This document shows positions 45,865 through 54,171 of a DNA stretch of 64,000 nucleotides, in pieces. The first letter of the stretch is position 1; every line of letters begins with the position of its first letter. Below the pieces are notes generated by a model. It had not been told where the DNA came from. It made no database searches and saw nothing but the letters and a program-made list of their open reading frames with translations. The DNA comes from a virus. Taxonomy: Duplodnaviria > Caudoviricetes. A program made the position numbers and the translations under genes. The stretch lies in IMG/VR virus record IMGVR_UViG_2974690805_000001, positions 5,472 through 69,471 of that record. One strand, given 5' to 3'.

Positions 45865-47682
45865 TCAGACCTTTTTCCAGTTACTGCCCATGTCGGCGCG
45901 GTCGGTGCGCAGAACCGGCGTGCGCTGCGCCCACCGACACAGGAACTCGGGCGGCGTGCTCATGATGCGCTGCGCCTCGTCGGCGACCGGGGTCGCGACG
46001 ACGAGTTCGTCATGCATCGCGAGGTAGATGTCGTCGGCGATGCCCGCGGCTTCCATCGCCTCGATCGTGTGGGCCAGCACGTCATAGGCCGACCCTTGGA
46101 TCGCGTAGTTCACCGCTTTGTATTCAAAACCGGGGTCGACCGGCAGGATGCGCCCGCCCGCGGTAATCACGACGCCGTGCGTCTCGGCGACGGTCATCGC
46201 CTTCGACATCCACGCCTCGCAGCGCGGCATCGCCGAGAACATCTGCCGCCTGATCTGCGCGGCACTCTCGTCGGTGTGCCCGATCTGCGCGGCGAGCTTG
46301 GCGATCCCGAGGCCGTACATCGTGCCCAACAGCACCCGCTTCGCGATGTCGCGGTCGACGCCCGCGGCCCGCATGATCGGCTCGTAGAGATCGTCGCCGC
46401 GCTCATACCCGGCGACGAACTCGGCGTCGCGGGCCATTGCCGCCATAGTCACCGGCTCGATCTGCGACCAGTCGATCGACGTCAGCCCGACGCCGTCGTC
46501 GGCGATGATCGCTCGGGCTTCCTTCGGGAACTGCTGCAACTCGGGCGACGAGTAGCTCATGCGCCCGGTCGCCGACGCCCCGAGCACGCCGACCTGCGGG
46601 TGACAGCGCCCGGTGACGCTGGCCTGCCGCACGACCTTCTCAAGGTAGCCGAGCACCTTGTCGGTCGAGGCGAGGTGACGCTGAGCGGCGGCGAGCGGGT
46701 GATCGAGGCCGTCGAGGTCGGCCTTCGTCGCCTTGAGCTTGCCGGTCGGCGTGCGCGGCCACGGCTGCGGCAACTCGCCGATCGAGTCGAGGTAGTTGAC
46801 CAGCCCCGCGCCCTTGCCGCTGCCGCCTTCCAGCCCGGCGATCGCGAGCGCGGCGTGCGACTCGTTGCGTTCCTGCTCGACCTGCTCGCGGTAGGTGTCG
46901 AGGTAGGCGAGGTCGACGTTGAGGCCGATCGCCGAGCGCCGCAGCATCACCCGATGCACGACTTCCTGCGTGTGCAGGATCGCCTCGGCCTCGGCGTCGG
47001 TGGTCGCGCCGTACTGCACGAACGGATGGTCGAGGGTCCAGTTGACGCACATCGCCCGCAGCAGCGGCTCAAGTCGCAGCGTCGCCACGGTGTCGGCCAT
47101 AGCGCCGTAGCGGTAGACCGGGCTGTCGATGTCCATGCCTTCGTAACCGGCCTCGATCGTGCGATACCCGGCAGCCTTGAAGGCGCGTTCCATGCCGCCC
47201 TTGAACTCGGTCAGCCCGAGATACTTCGTCGCCAGCGCCCCGAGCGACTTGCCGACTTTGACGTCGGGCAGCGCGAAGCGGGCCAGCAGCAGCGTGTCGA
47301 CCAGCCGGTCGATCGTGCCCTTGCCGACGAGGCCAGCGTGCCAGAGCGGCGGCGTGTCGAAGGGCGCGTTGTGGAAGGCGATCGTGCGGGCGTGACCGAA
47401 CAGGTCTTCGACGGCCTGATGATCGGTGCCGTTGCGTCGCGGGTCGAGCAGCACGGCCTGCGTGCCGCCGCCCGGCCATTCCCACGCCGCGGTGACGCAG
47501 TTGATCGTGAAGGTGTTCACCAGCCCCGGCGTCTCGATGTCGGCGGCGATGTCGACGTTGCGGTACGGCAGCCGCGTGACGAACTGCTCGACGCAGCGCA
47601 GAGCTTCCTCGCCGGTCGCGAGGTGCGCGTTGAGCACCGGGTCTTTGATCGTGCGGGACGGCACCCGCGGGTCGAGACTCAT
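45865..47682 (-). CDS. DNA polymerase, family A, with 3'-5' exonuclease
   Basis: DIET, FHNAPFD, YGAMAD exo motifs; TGRMS..PELQQ, DWSQIE, K...LG.MYG, HDELV. Confidence 0.93.
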   Translation of the reverse strand: MSLDPRVPSRTIKDPVLNAHLATGEEALRCVEQFVTRLPYRNVDIAADIETPGLVNTFTINCVTAAWEWPGGGTQAVLLDPRRNGTDHQAVEDLFGHARTIAFHNAPFDTPPLWHAGLVGKGTIDRLVDTLLLARFALPDVKVGKSLGALATKYLGLTEFKGGMERAFKAAGYRTIEAGYEGMDIDSPVYRYGAMADTVATLRLEPLLRAMCVNWTLDHPFVQYGATTDAEAEAILHTQEVVHRVMLRRSAIGLNVDLAYLDTYREQVEQERNESHAALAIAGLEGGSGKGAGLVNYLDSIGELPQPWPRTPTGKLKATKADLDGLDHPLAAAQRHLASTDKVLGYLEKVVRQASVTGRCHPQVGVLGASATGRMSYSSPELQQFPKEARAIIADDGVGLTSIDWSQIEPVTMAAMARDAEFVAGYERGDDLYEPIMRAAGVDRDIAKRVLLGTMYGLGIAKLAAQIGHTDESAAQIRRQMFSAMPRCEAWMSKAMTVAETHGVVITAGGRILPVDPGFEYKAVNYAIQGSAYDVLAHTIEAMEAAGIADDIYLAMHDELVVATPVADEAQRIMSTPPEFLCRWAQRTPVLRTDRADMGSNWKKV

Positions 47683-47707
47683 GTCAGCCCTTCGGTCGTG
47701 GTTGTGG

Positions 47708-47938
47708 TCATTCGATGCTCAGCGCCCCGAGCCTGATCTGATCGCGCAGCGTCGAGGCGACCGTCACGATGATCTCATGCTCGGCCCCGTCGATGACCTG
47801 CTGACAGATCACCGCGGCGAGTTCCATGCCGTCTCGGGCACCTCGGGCGTGTGCCCGGCGCACAAGCTCGGTCATCTGGTCGGCGACTGCGCTCGCCTGC
47901 TCGCGAAGCTCGTCGGGTACCTCGTCAGGTGTCGGCAT
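47708..47938 (-). CDS. hypothetical protein
   Basis: 76 aa ORF in operon. Confidence 0.65.
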   Translation of the reverse strand: MPTPDEVPDELREQASAVADQMTELVRRAHARGARDGMELAAVICQQVIDGAEHEIIVTVASTLRDQIRLGALSIE

Positions 47939-48131
47939 CGCGGGTCAGCCACGCCTCAAACTCGGTCGCCATATCGAGCACCGGCTTCGCGTCGGTGAAC
48001 GTGCGCGAGTTGACGGCGTCGCCCGCTGCGACGATCGCCGCGGCCTTGAGCGCCGCCTCGCGTGCCCACGTCCCGCCGGAAGCCTCAAGTCCCTCGATGA
48101 ACGACTCGGCGTCGAAGCCGTCGTCGCTCAC
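47925..48131 (-). CDS. hypothetical protein
   Basis: 68 aa ORF, GTGA overlap. Confidence 0.65.
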   Translation of the reverse strand: MSDDGFDAESFIEGLEASGGTWAREAALKAAAIVAAGDAVNSRTFTDAKPVLDMATEFEAWLTRDADT

Positions 48132-48694
48132 TGACGGCCCTCGATCGCGGTCTTCGTCTCGTCGCTGACCCGAGCGATCGCGATCTTGCGCTCGTAGGTG
48201 GTCAGCGCCGCGGCCAGCGCCTCGGGCATTTCCTCGCGGTCGGCCCCGAAGGTGCGGTGCCTCGACTGCACATCGGACACCTCGCCCGACTTGAGCCGCT
48301 GCGGGCCGGTGAGCCGGGTGCGGAACAGCTTGCCGTTACGCCAGTCGGCGGTCAGGAACCGCGGCGAGAAAGCGACGGTCTTGCTGTAGTCGGCCAGCAT
48401 GTCGACCAGAGCGTCGGGATTGACCGCGAACCGGGCGGTGTGCTCGACGTCGACCGAGGTGCCGGTCTTGGTCGTGTAGGTGGTCATCTTGGTCGTCGCG
48501 CTCAGCCAGTCGATGACCTTCGTGCCGGTCAGCGGATCGTCGGCGCTGCGCTGCTCGTTGAGCAGGTCGAGCACCTCGACGGCCTGCGGGATACGGTGCG
48601 TGTCATTGCCGGTCGCGATCGACTCGGCCTCGCGGCGAAGCCGGTCGCCGATCTGGTCAGGGTTGTCGATGCGGGGCTTGTTCGGTTCGGTCAT
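48128..48694 (-). CDS. hypothetical protein
   Basis: AGGAAG RBS, 188 aa. Confidence 0.7.
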   Translation of the reverse strand: MTEPNKPRIDNPDQIGDRLRREAESIATGNDTHRIPQAVEVLDLLNEQRSADDPLTGTKVIDWLSATTKMTTYTTKTGTSVDVEHTARFAVNPDALVDMLADYSKTVAFSPRFLTADWRNGKLFRTRLTGPQRLKSGEVSDVQSRHRTFGADREEMPEALAAALTTYERKIAIARVSDETKTAIEGRQ

Positions 48695-48733
48695 GGTGTC
48701 GCTTCCTGTCGGGTCGGGCGTTGTCGAGTTCGG

Positions 48734-49156
48734 TCAGCGCGGCAGCCGGATGATCACGCCCTGCGGGCCGGTGATCGTGCCGTCGGCGTTGAGCGTGTAG
48801 TCGGGCGATCCGCCCGCGGCGACCCACGACCGAAGCTCATCGAAGACGTCGGTCGGCAGTTCGGGGCCGCAGTTGCGGTCGCCCATCGTGGCGCAGTTCC
48901 AGCCCGGCTCGTCTTCCTCGATGCGCGGCGGCGGGCCGAGCATCAGGTCGTAGACGCTGGCCGGTTGCCACTCGGCGCGGTCGGTGCCGGTGATCGCCTC
49001 GGCGTACTCGGCGAAGTCGAACGGCTCGCCCGACGCGGCGGGCATCGGCACGGCGATGTCGTCGGGTGCCGCGGCGTCGCATCCGACGATCGCATAGCCG
49101 ATGCCGCAGCCGAGCACGACCGCCCCTGCGAGGACGGCAAGCGGTGTTCTGGTCAT
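48734..49156 (-). CDS. exported/membrane-anchored hypothetical protein
   Basis: N-terminal hydrophobic segment; IEEDEPGWNCATMGDRNCG motif. Confidence 0.7.
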   Translation of the reverse strand: MTRTPLAVLAGAVVLGCGIGYAIVGCDAAAPDDIAVPMPAASGEPFDFAEYAEAITGTDRAEWQPASVYDLMLGPPPRIEEDEPGWNCATMGDRNCGPELPTDVFDELRSWVAAGGSPDYTLNADGTITGPQGVIIRLPR

Positions 49157-49235
49157 GATTCCCCTTCGTGGTTGTGCGGCGGGTCGATCCCGCCTACGGG
49201 TAACCAAAGTAACCGACGCTGTCGGGTCAGCGCAA
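49157..49235 (-). promoter_or_regulatory. degenerate repeat promoter element (hybrid copy)
   Basis: Keeps CGACAGCGTCG and GGCGGG-ATCGA-CCCGCC; altered -35/-10; gains GGTTACC and CACAACCACGAAGG. Confidence 0.7.
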
Positions 49236-49520
49236 CTGCCGCTGCTCGGGCGAGTTATCCGACGAGGGTCGGCGAACACCCGAACGTGCCCACACCTGCC
49301 CTCGCGACATCTGCGCGAGCAGCGTCAGGCGGCGGGCCAGACCGTAGTCGAGGTCGGCCAGCAGCGAGTCCCACTCGCCCCGGCGTTGCAGTTCCTCGAC
49401 CATGAGCACGATGCGGGCGACGTCGATGTTCGCAGCGCCGGGCACCGCGGCGCAGAAGCCGAGCACCAGTGCGATCGAGGCGGTCGACTGCGCGGTCAGG
49501 TCGGGGCTGTCGGTGGTCAT
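49227..49520 (-). CDS. hypothetical protein
   Basis: ATG 49520 with TAGGGT 7 nt upstream. Confidence 0.55.
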   Translation of the reverse strand: MTTDSPDLTAQSTASIALVLGFCAAVPGAANIDVARIVLMVEELQRRGEWDSLLADLDYGLARRLTLLAQMSRGQVWARSGVRRPSSDNSPEQRQLR

Positions 49521-49612
49521 GCGGGTAACCCTACACCGGGTATCCCGGCTCGGTCGGCCTCGCGTGCGCGGGCGCGGGATTATTCCCCTCGGATGCCGTG
49601 ACATTCTAGGGA

Positions 49613-49630
49613 ATGTGATACAGATCACAT
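49613..49630. promoter_or_regulatory. CRP/GlxR-type palindromic site
   Basis: ATGTGA-TACAGA-TCACAT; matches TGTGA-N6-TCACA exactly. Confidence 0.6.
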
Positions 49631-49646
49631 CAGGTTGTGAACTACC

Positions 49647-49676
49647 TTGTCGTGGTCTTGACAGGGTCGATAAGAT
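49647..49676 (+). promoter_or_regulatory. putative rightward promoter
   Basis: TTGTCG-N18-TAAGAT in divergent intergenic region. Confidence 0.4.
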
Positions 49677-49858
49677 CGGCTCGCGACCGAAGCCGATCAT
49701 TATCGCGACCCCTGATCAATCCCCCGACGGCCTCGCTGATGCTCGGCGAGTGAGAGTGTGGGCGAGGCTAATCTGATTGCGGTCGTGGGCCGCATCAACG
49801 CGCTGCTGGCACCCGCCCTACGGGGCGGGCACCCGGCGCACCGATAGCGCCGGTGACG

Positions 49859-49895
49859 GGTAACCCGTAGCGAGGTGACCTACGACGAGGTAACC
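49859..49895. repeat. GGT(A/G)ACC heptads at 15-bp spacing
   Basis: Copies at 49859, 49874, 49889. Confidence 0.75.
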
Positions 49896-49902
49896 TGTTC
49901 TC

Positions 49903-50661
49903 ATGTCCCACGGTATGAAGTCCCGACGCTCACGGCCTCGCACGCCCGAGGTGCCGCCCGATGTCGAGCACATCGACACGACACTGGCCGACTACGCCGT
50001 GCGCATCCGCAAGCAGACCGACGGCCTGATGATGTTCGATGATGTTGTGCTCGCGCTGGCCGTGGCCCGCGAGAAGCAGCGGCAGATCAAGGAACTGCGT
50101 GCAGCCGCTCACGCCCGCTGCAAGGCGCTGGCCGAGCGCGGGGCTGCGGGTGCCGGGCCGTATCGCTTCGTGACGACGGTGCGCACGACGACCAAGACGG
50201 CGGTGCCGAGCGAGAAGCTCAAGGCCGCGCACCCGAAGCTGTGGGCTGCGGCTCGGGTCCGTGTCCCGTATGTGGCGGTGAAGCCGCCGAAGGACGTCGA
50301 CCTTCCGGTGACGCTGCCGCGGCTGCCGGTCTGTGGTCGGCTCGCGCCGCCCGAGCAGGCGGCGGCGATCTACCTCGACCCGGCCTATAAGAACTCGTTG
50401 GCGCTGGTCAAGGAAGACATCGAAGACGCGAAGGCGGTGCTCAACGAGATCGCCGACCGCATCGAGTGGGACGGTCACGCGCTGCATTTCGCCGACGGCT
50501 GGCGAGTTACGACCTCGACGCTGCGGTATGAGTCCGACATGCTCGCCGTCATCGCGCCTGATGTTTTCGACGCGCTCGCCGAGAAGCGCACGACCGAGTC
50601 GGAGACGCTGCGCATCGTGCTCGGCGAGTTCGACCCCGAGGGCGACATCGAGGCCGACTGA
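49903..50661 (+). CDS. hypothetical protein
   Basis: 252 aa; internally duplicated TT.RY/FES.KL/ML...P motif. Confidence 0.75.
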   Translation: MSHGMKSRRSRPRTPEVPPDVEHIDTTLADYAVRIRKQTDGLMMFDDVVLALAVAREKQRQIKELRAAAHARCKALAERGAAGAGPYRFVTTVRTTTKTAVPSEKLKAAHPKLWAAARVRVPYVAVKPPKDVDLPVTLPRLPVCGRLAPPEQAAAIYLDPAYKNSLALVKEDIEDAKAVLNEIADRIEWDGHALHFADGWRVTTSTLRYESDMLAVIAPDVFDALAEKRTTESETLRIVLGEFDPEGDIEAD

Positions 50662-50662
50662 T

Positions 50663-50725
50663 GGTTACCTGCGAGGTAACCCGGCGATGGTAATACAGGT
50701 AACCCATAGGGTAACCTCGGTGACT
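50663..50725. repeat. GGT(A/T)ACC heptad array
   Basis: Copies at 50663, 50675, 50698, 50710; partial at 50689, 50719. Confidence 0.8.
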
Positions 50726-50995
50726 ATGGCGACCCATACCAGCGCGGGCGACCGCGCAGTGCTCACGAAGCCCGAGCCGACCCCTCGGATGCGCGGGCCG
50801 GTCAAGGGGCTGATCCCGGTCAAAGGCACCGCTGAGCAGCACCGACGGCTCAAGGTGGCGGCTGCCGAGGAAGGCATGACCTACATCGAGTTGATCGAGG
50901 CGCTGCTCGACATCCGCGAGGAACGCATCGAGCGGCGGCGGCGACAACAGCCCTCGCCGCTGCACCGACCAGCAGACGAGGCGGCGAACGCGTGA
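50726..50995 (+). CDS. ribbon-helix-helix-like DNA-binding protein
   Basis: GLIPVKGTAEQHRRLKVAAAEEGMTYIELIEALL: beta strand, helix, G-x-T/S turn, helix. Confidence 0.7.
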   Translation: MATHTSAGDRAVLTKPEPTPRMRGPVKGLIPVKGTAEQHRRLKVAAAEEGMTYIELIEALLDIREERIERRRRQQPSPLHRPADEAANA

Positions 50996-51246
50996 CCGAG
51001 CAGACTCTCGACCGCACCGACATTTCGCACGCCGTCAACCGCGTCAGCTTCCCGATGCGATACGAGACGGGCGCTCAAGCCGAGGCGGTGCAGCGTGCCG
51101 CACGCAAGGCCGTGGCCGCGCTCGACCGGCTCGCCCTTGAGTGCTCGATCGCCGAAGCCCGGCGCGTCGAGGCCGACGCCCGGCGCACCGCCGAGCGGCA
51201 GGCCAAGCTCGCGGCGTCGCTGGCGAAACAGCGAGGCAAGTCATGA
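50992..51246 (+). CDS. hypothetical protein
   Basis: GTGA overlap. Confidence 0.7.
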   Translation: MTEQTLDRTDISHAVNRVSFPMRYETGAQAEAVQRAARKAVAALDRLALECSIAEARRVEADARRTAERQAKLAASLAKQRGKS

Positions 51247-51440
51247 CCGACCTGATCACCGCCGCGGCGATCGAACTCGCCGAGCACGGCGACGGTTGGA
51301 TCGGCAACGGCACCGGCAAGGCGCGGTGTCGCTGCGGGCATCAGGCCAGCCTCGGCGAGTCGTGGCACCGGCACACCGCGGCGGCGATGCTGTCGGCGAC
51401 GGCGCAGGCCGCGATCGACGGTCTGGCCGGTGCCCGATGA
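51243..51440 (+). CDS. hypothetical protein
   Basis: ATGA overlap; CRCG..W..H. Confidence 0.65.
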   Translation: MTDLITAAAIELAEHGDGWIGNGTGKARCRCGHQASLGESWHRHTAAAMLSATAQAAIDGLAGAR

Positions 51441-51541
51441 TCTGGCGACTGCTGGCCGTGCTGCTCGACCGCGGGCCGCGCTACCGCATCTGCGAAGACC
51501 CTGACCAACTCGGCTATTGGGCCGAACCTATCGAGGACTGA
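51437..51541 (+). CDS. small hypothetical protein
   Basis: ATGA overlap, fills gap. Confidence 0.5.
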   Translation: MIWRLLAVLLDRGPRYRICEDPDQLGYWAEPIED

Positions 51542-51789
51542 TGACCATGACCGCAGTCGGGACTGTCGTGCCCGAACTGACCGACGAGCACCGCGACGGC
51601 ACGATCTGGGCCGACGCCGATCTCGCGCTGTGGTCGCCGGTTCCCGCGATGTTCGGTGGCGGCTGGTGCGTCACGACCCGCCTGCCGTTCGGCATCACGC
51701 AAGACCACCTCGCCGAGGGCACCCGCACCTACGGCCCCTACGTCGCGGTCATGCCGCCCGTCGAGGAAGGCGGCGACGATGCCCGCTGA
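51541..51789 (+). CDS. hypothetical protein
   Basis: TGATG overlap. Confidence 0.65.
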   Translation: MTMTAVGTVVPELTDEHRDGTIWADADLALWSPVPAMFGGGWCVTTRLPFGITQDHLAEGTRTYGPYVAVMPPVEEGGDDAR

Positions 51790-52054
51790 CGGCTTTACAC
51801 CGATGCTCGGCCCCGAGCCGCAGCAGATCATCGCCCTGCGTGACGCGCTGGCCGAGTGGACCGATACACCCGAGTCGGTCGGCCCGCTGACGGCGAGGCT
51901 GGTCGACGCTGCGGTCGATGTGCTCGCAGAATGGGATCGAGGCCGGGCAGCGACGGCGCTGGCGATGCGCGAGGCGATGCGCACCACGATCAGCGAGCAC
52001 GCGCTGCGCAACCTGCGCGAGTTCCCCGGCCTCGGGAAGGACGACCAGCCATGA
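51779..52054 (+). CDS. hypothetical protein
   Basis: GGAAGG RBS. Confidence 0.65.
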   Translation: MPADGFTPMLGPEPQQIIALRDALAEWTDTPESVGPLTARLVDAAVDVLAEWDRGRAATALAMREAMRTTISEHALRNLREFPGLGKDDQP

Positions 52055-52791
52055 GCACCGCAGCGGTCGACCCGTTCGATGACCACGGTCAAGGCGAGGA
52101 CGAAGACGACTACTTGGCGCAGCGCCGGGCGCAGGTGATGCTGCTCAAGCACTCGGGCGGCACCTACACCGAGATCGCCCGCGTGCTCGGCATCAGCACG
52201 ACCACGGTGCGGCGCGACTACTTCATCGCGCTGCGCGAGCAGCGGATGCTCAGCGCCGAAGACCGGGCAGCCCGGCAGGTCGCGATCCTCGGCGACATCT
52301 GCAAGGCGAACTACTCGGCGATGCTGACCGGCGACAAAGACGCCGCGATCACGATCATCAAGGCGCTAGAACGTGAGGCCAAGCTGTTCGGCCTCGACGC
52401 GCCGACGCGACTGATCGCAGGTGTGTCGAGCGAGCAGTTCGCCACCGAGGCGCACGACCTGATCAACAAGATCATCAAGCTCGACCCGACCGCGCTACAC
52501 GAGATTGAGGGGCCACGACATGCCGCACGACCCGACACCGATCATCATCGGATCGTTGACGCCGAGGTCGAAGACGACCTCGCTGCCGGGCACGCCCCGG
52601 CCATTCCCGAAGGTGCGGTCGATCCGTACTGGCGCGATCCTTGGGCCGTCGACCCCGCCGAGCCATACGGCTTCGATGGCACCGAGGCCGATCCGCAACT
52701 CTGGCAGCGTGCTCAGCGCGATCAGCGACCTGCTGCGCCGGTTGAGGAAGACGAAGCCGACGACCTCGACGGCTGGTCAAACATCGGCTGA
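52051..52791 (+). CDS. HTH protein, terminase small subunit-like
   Basis: GGTYTEIARVLGISTTTV; GDKDAA..LEREAKLFGLDAP. Confidence 0.65.
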   Translation: MSTAAVDPFDDHGQGEDEDDYLAQRRAQVMLLKHSGGTYTEIARVLGISTTTVRRDYFIALREQRMLSAEDRAARQVAILGDICKANYSAMLTGDKDAAITIIKALEREAKLFGLDAPTRLIAGVSSEQFATEAHDLINKIIKLDPTALHEIEGPRHAARPDTDHHRIVDAEVEDDLAAGHAPAIPEGAVDPYWRDPWAVDPAEPYGFDGTEADPQLWQRAQRDQRPAAPVEEDEADDLDGWSNIG

Positions 52792-52798
52792 CCTGCCG

Positions 52799-53224
52799 AT
52801 GCTGACGCATCGCAGCGAGTTGGTCGAGCGGCACACGATCACCGCTGCCGTCCCGCCGTGGGCGCGGTACGACTTCGGCGGCACGATCGAGACGATGCAC
52901 CGTGACGCGGTGATGCGGGCACGCATCTACGCCGAGTCGCAGGGGCTGGAACTGCTCGGCGTGCATCGCATCGAGAAGGGCGGGGCCGACGGCACGACCG
53001 AGGTCGGGTGCGCGTTCAACGTCACCGTCGCCCGCGGCTTCTACGACGACGATCACCGGGCGACGTCGTGGGTCTACTCGGCCCGCTGGCGGCGCTGGTG
53101 GCGCACCTTCGCCGGGCTGGACATCGACAGCCGCCGCACCCGGCGCAAGGCGATCCGCGACGTGCTGCGGGCCGACACCGACGCCCGCGTGATCAAGTTC
53201 CCCGAGGACGGCCCGCAGCGATGA
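52799..53224 (+). CDS. hypothetical protein
   Basis: Start uncertain. Confidence 0.55.
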   Translation: MLTHRSELVERHTITAAVPPWARYDFGGTIETMHRDAVMRARIYAESQGLELLGVHRIEKGGADGTTEVGCAFNVTVARGFYDDDHRATSWVYSARWRRWWRTFAGLDIDSRRTRRKAIRDVLRADTDARVIKFPEDGPQR

Positions 53225-53874
53225 CCGATCACACCTACACCGAGGAAGGCAACACGATGAGCACCGACGAGCGCAAACCCGAGCCGACGTGCGAGGACAT
53301 GATCGCCCCGCCCGATCCGACGCCCGCCGAGATCGCGGCCAACCACAACGCCGCGCTCGCTCAGATGCGCGAGTCCGACAACGTGCGGATGCGGGCGATC
53401 GGCGTCATCGGCGGCTGGCTGCTCGACACCTTCGACCTCGACCCCGAGTTCGACGCGGTCGACGCAGGCATCGACCTGATCAAGACGCTGACCGCCGCCG
53501 ACTTGCAGACCTTCATCGGCGACGACCTGCGAGCGCACATCGAGGCGATCGTCAAGCGCGAGCGGGCACGCGCCCACTACGCCGCACCGCCGGTCGCCAA
53601 GCAGCCCGACCCGACGCCCGGCGTCGAGCGGGCCGCAGCACGGCGCGAGGTCGTCAGCCGCACCGACGGCGGGGCCGAGGTGATCGAGAAGCGCAGCGTG
53701 TTCCTCAACCGCGACGAGTTCGCGAAGGTCGCCGACGGCACCTACCAGCCGGGCACCGTGCCCGAGGCGCACCGCGGCGTGCCGGTCTGGGAGGGCGGCA
53801 CCGAGGGCAGTCACACCGAAGCCTGCGACGGCGAGCCGCATGTCGGCAAGCCGTGCCCGATCGACTACCCGTAG
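53221..53874 (+). CDS. hypothetical protein
   Basis: ATGA overlap; alternative ATG 53257 after GAGGAAGG. Confidence 0.7.
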   Translation: MTDHTYTEEGNTMSTDERKPEPTCEDMIAPPDPTPAEIAANHNAALAQMRESDNVRMRAIGVIGGWLLDTFDLDPEFDAVDAGIDLIKTLTAADLQTFIGDDLRAHIEAIVKRERARAHYAAPPVAKQPDPTPGVERAAARREVVSRTDGGAEVIEKRSVFLNRDEFAKVADGTYQPGTVPEAHRGVPVWEGGTEGSHTEACDGEPHVGKPCPIDYP

Positions 53875-53878
53875 TGCT

Positions 53879-54160
53879 GTGGGCAAGCACCGCGGCGTCA
53901 CCCGCACCCGGTTCCCCGGCGGCGAGCGGCGTCGGCCTCGACGCGACAACGAGGTCGTCGCCCGCGAGCGCAAGGCCGCGAAGGTCGAGCGCAACTGGCG
54001 CGTGAAGCGCATCGAGACGGGCGAGGTGCTCGCCTTTGAGCCGGGCGGCGAGTATGAGCAGGTCTTCGACAGCGGGGCCGACCCGTTCTGGCAGGCCGTC
54101 GAGTTCGCTGCTGCGTGCCTGCGCGGCGAACGCTCGCCCGACGACCCGCCCGACGAGTAG
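53879..54160 (+). CDS. hypothetical protein
   Basis: GTG start inferred. Confidence 0.55.
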   Translation: MGKHRGVTRTRFPGGERRRPRRDNEVVARERKAAKVERNWRVKRIETGEVLAFEPGGEYEQVFDSGADPFWQAVEFAAACLRGERSPDDPPDE

Positions 54161-54171
54161 GCTCGATCCCG

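Noticed and set aside
41063-47682. Aminoadenine (Z) or 7-deazaguanine DNA modification system
   Set aside because: No PurZ, QueC/D/E, FolE or DpdA-like genes recognisable; polymerase A and MazG alone are insufficient evidence.
49521-49902. ncRNA or replication origin in the divergent intergenic region
   Set aside because: Only one small hairpin (49812-49829) and a modest AT-rich patch; no iterons beyond the heptads, so neither call can be supported.
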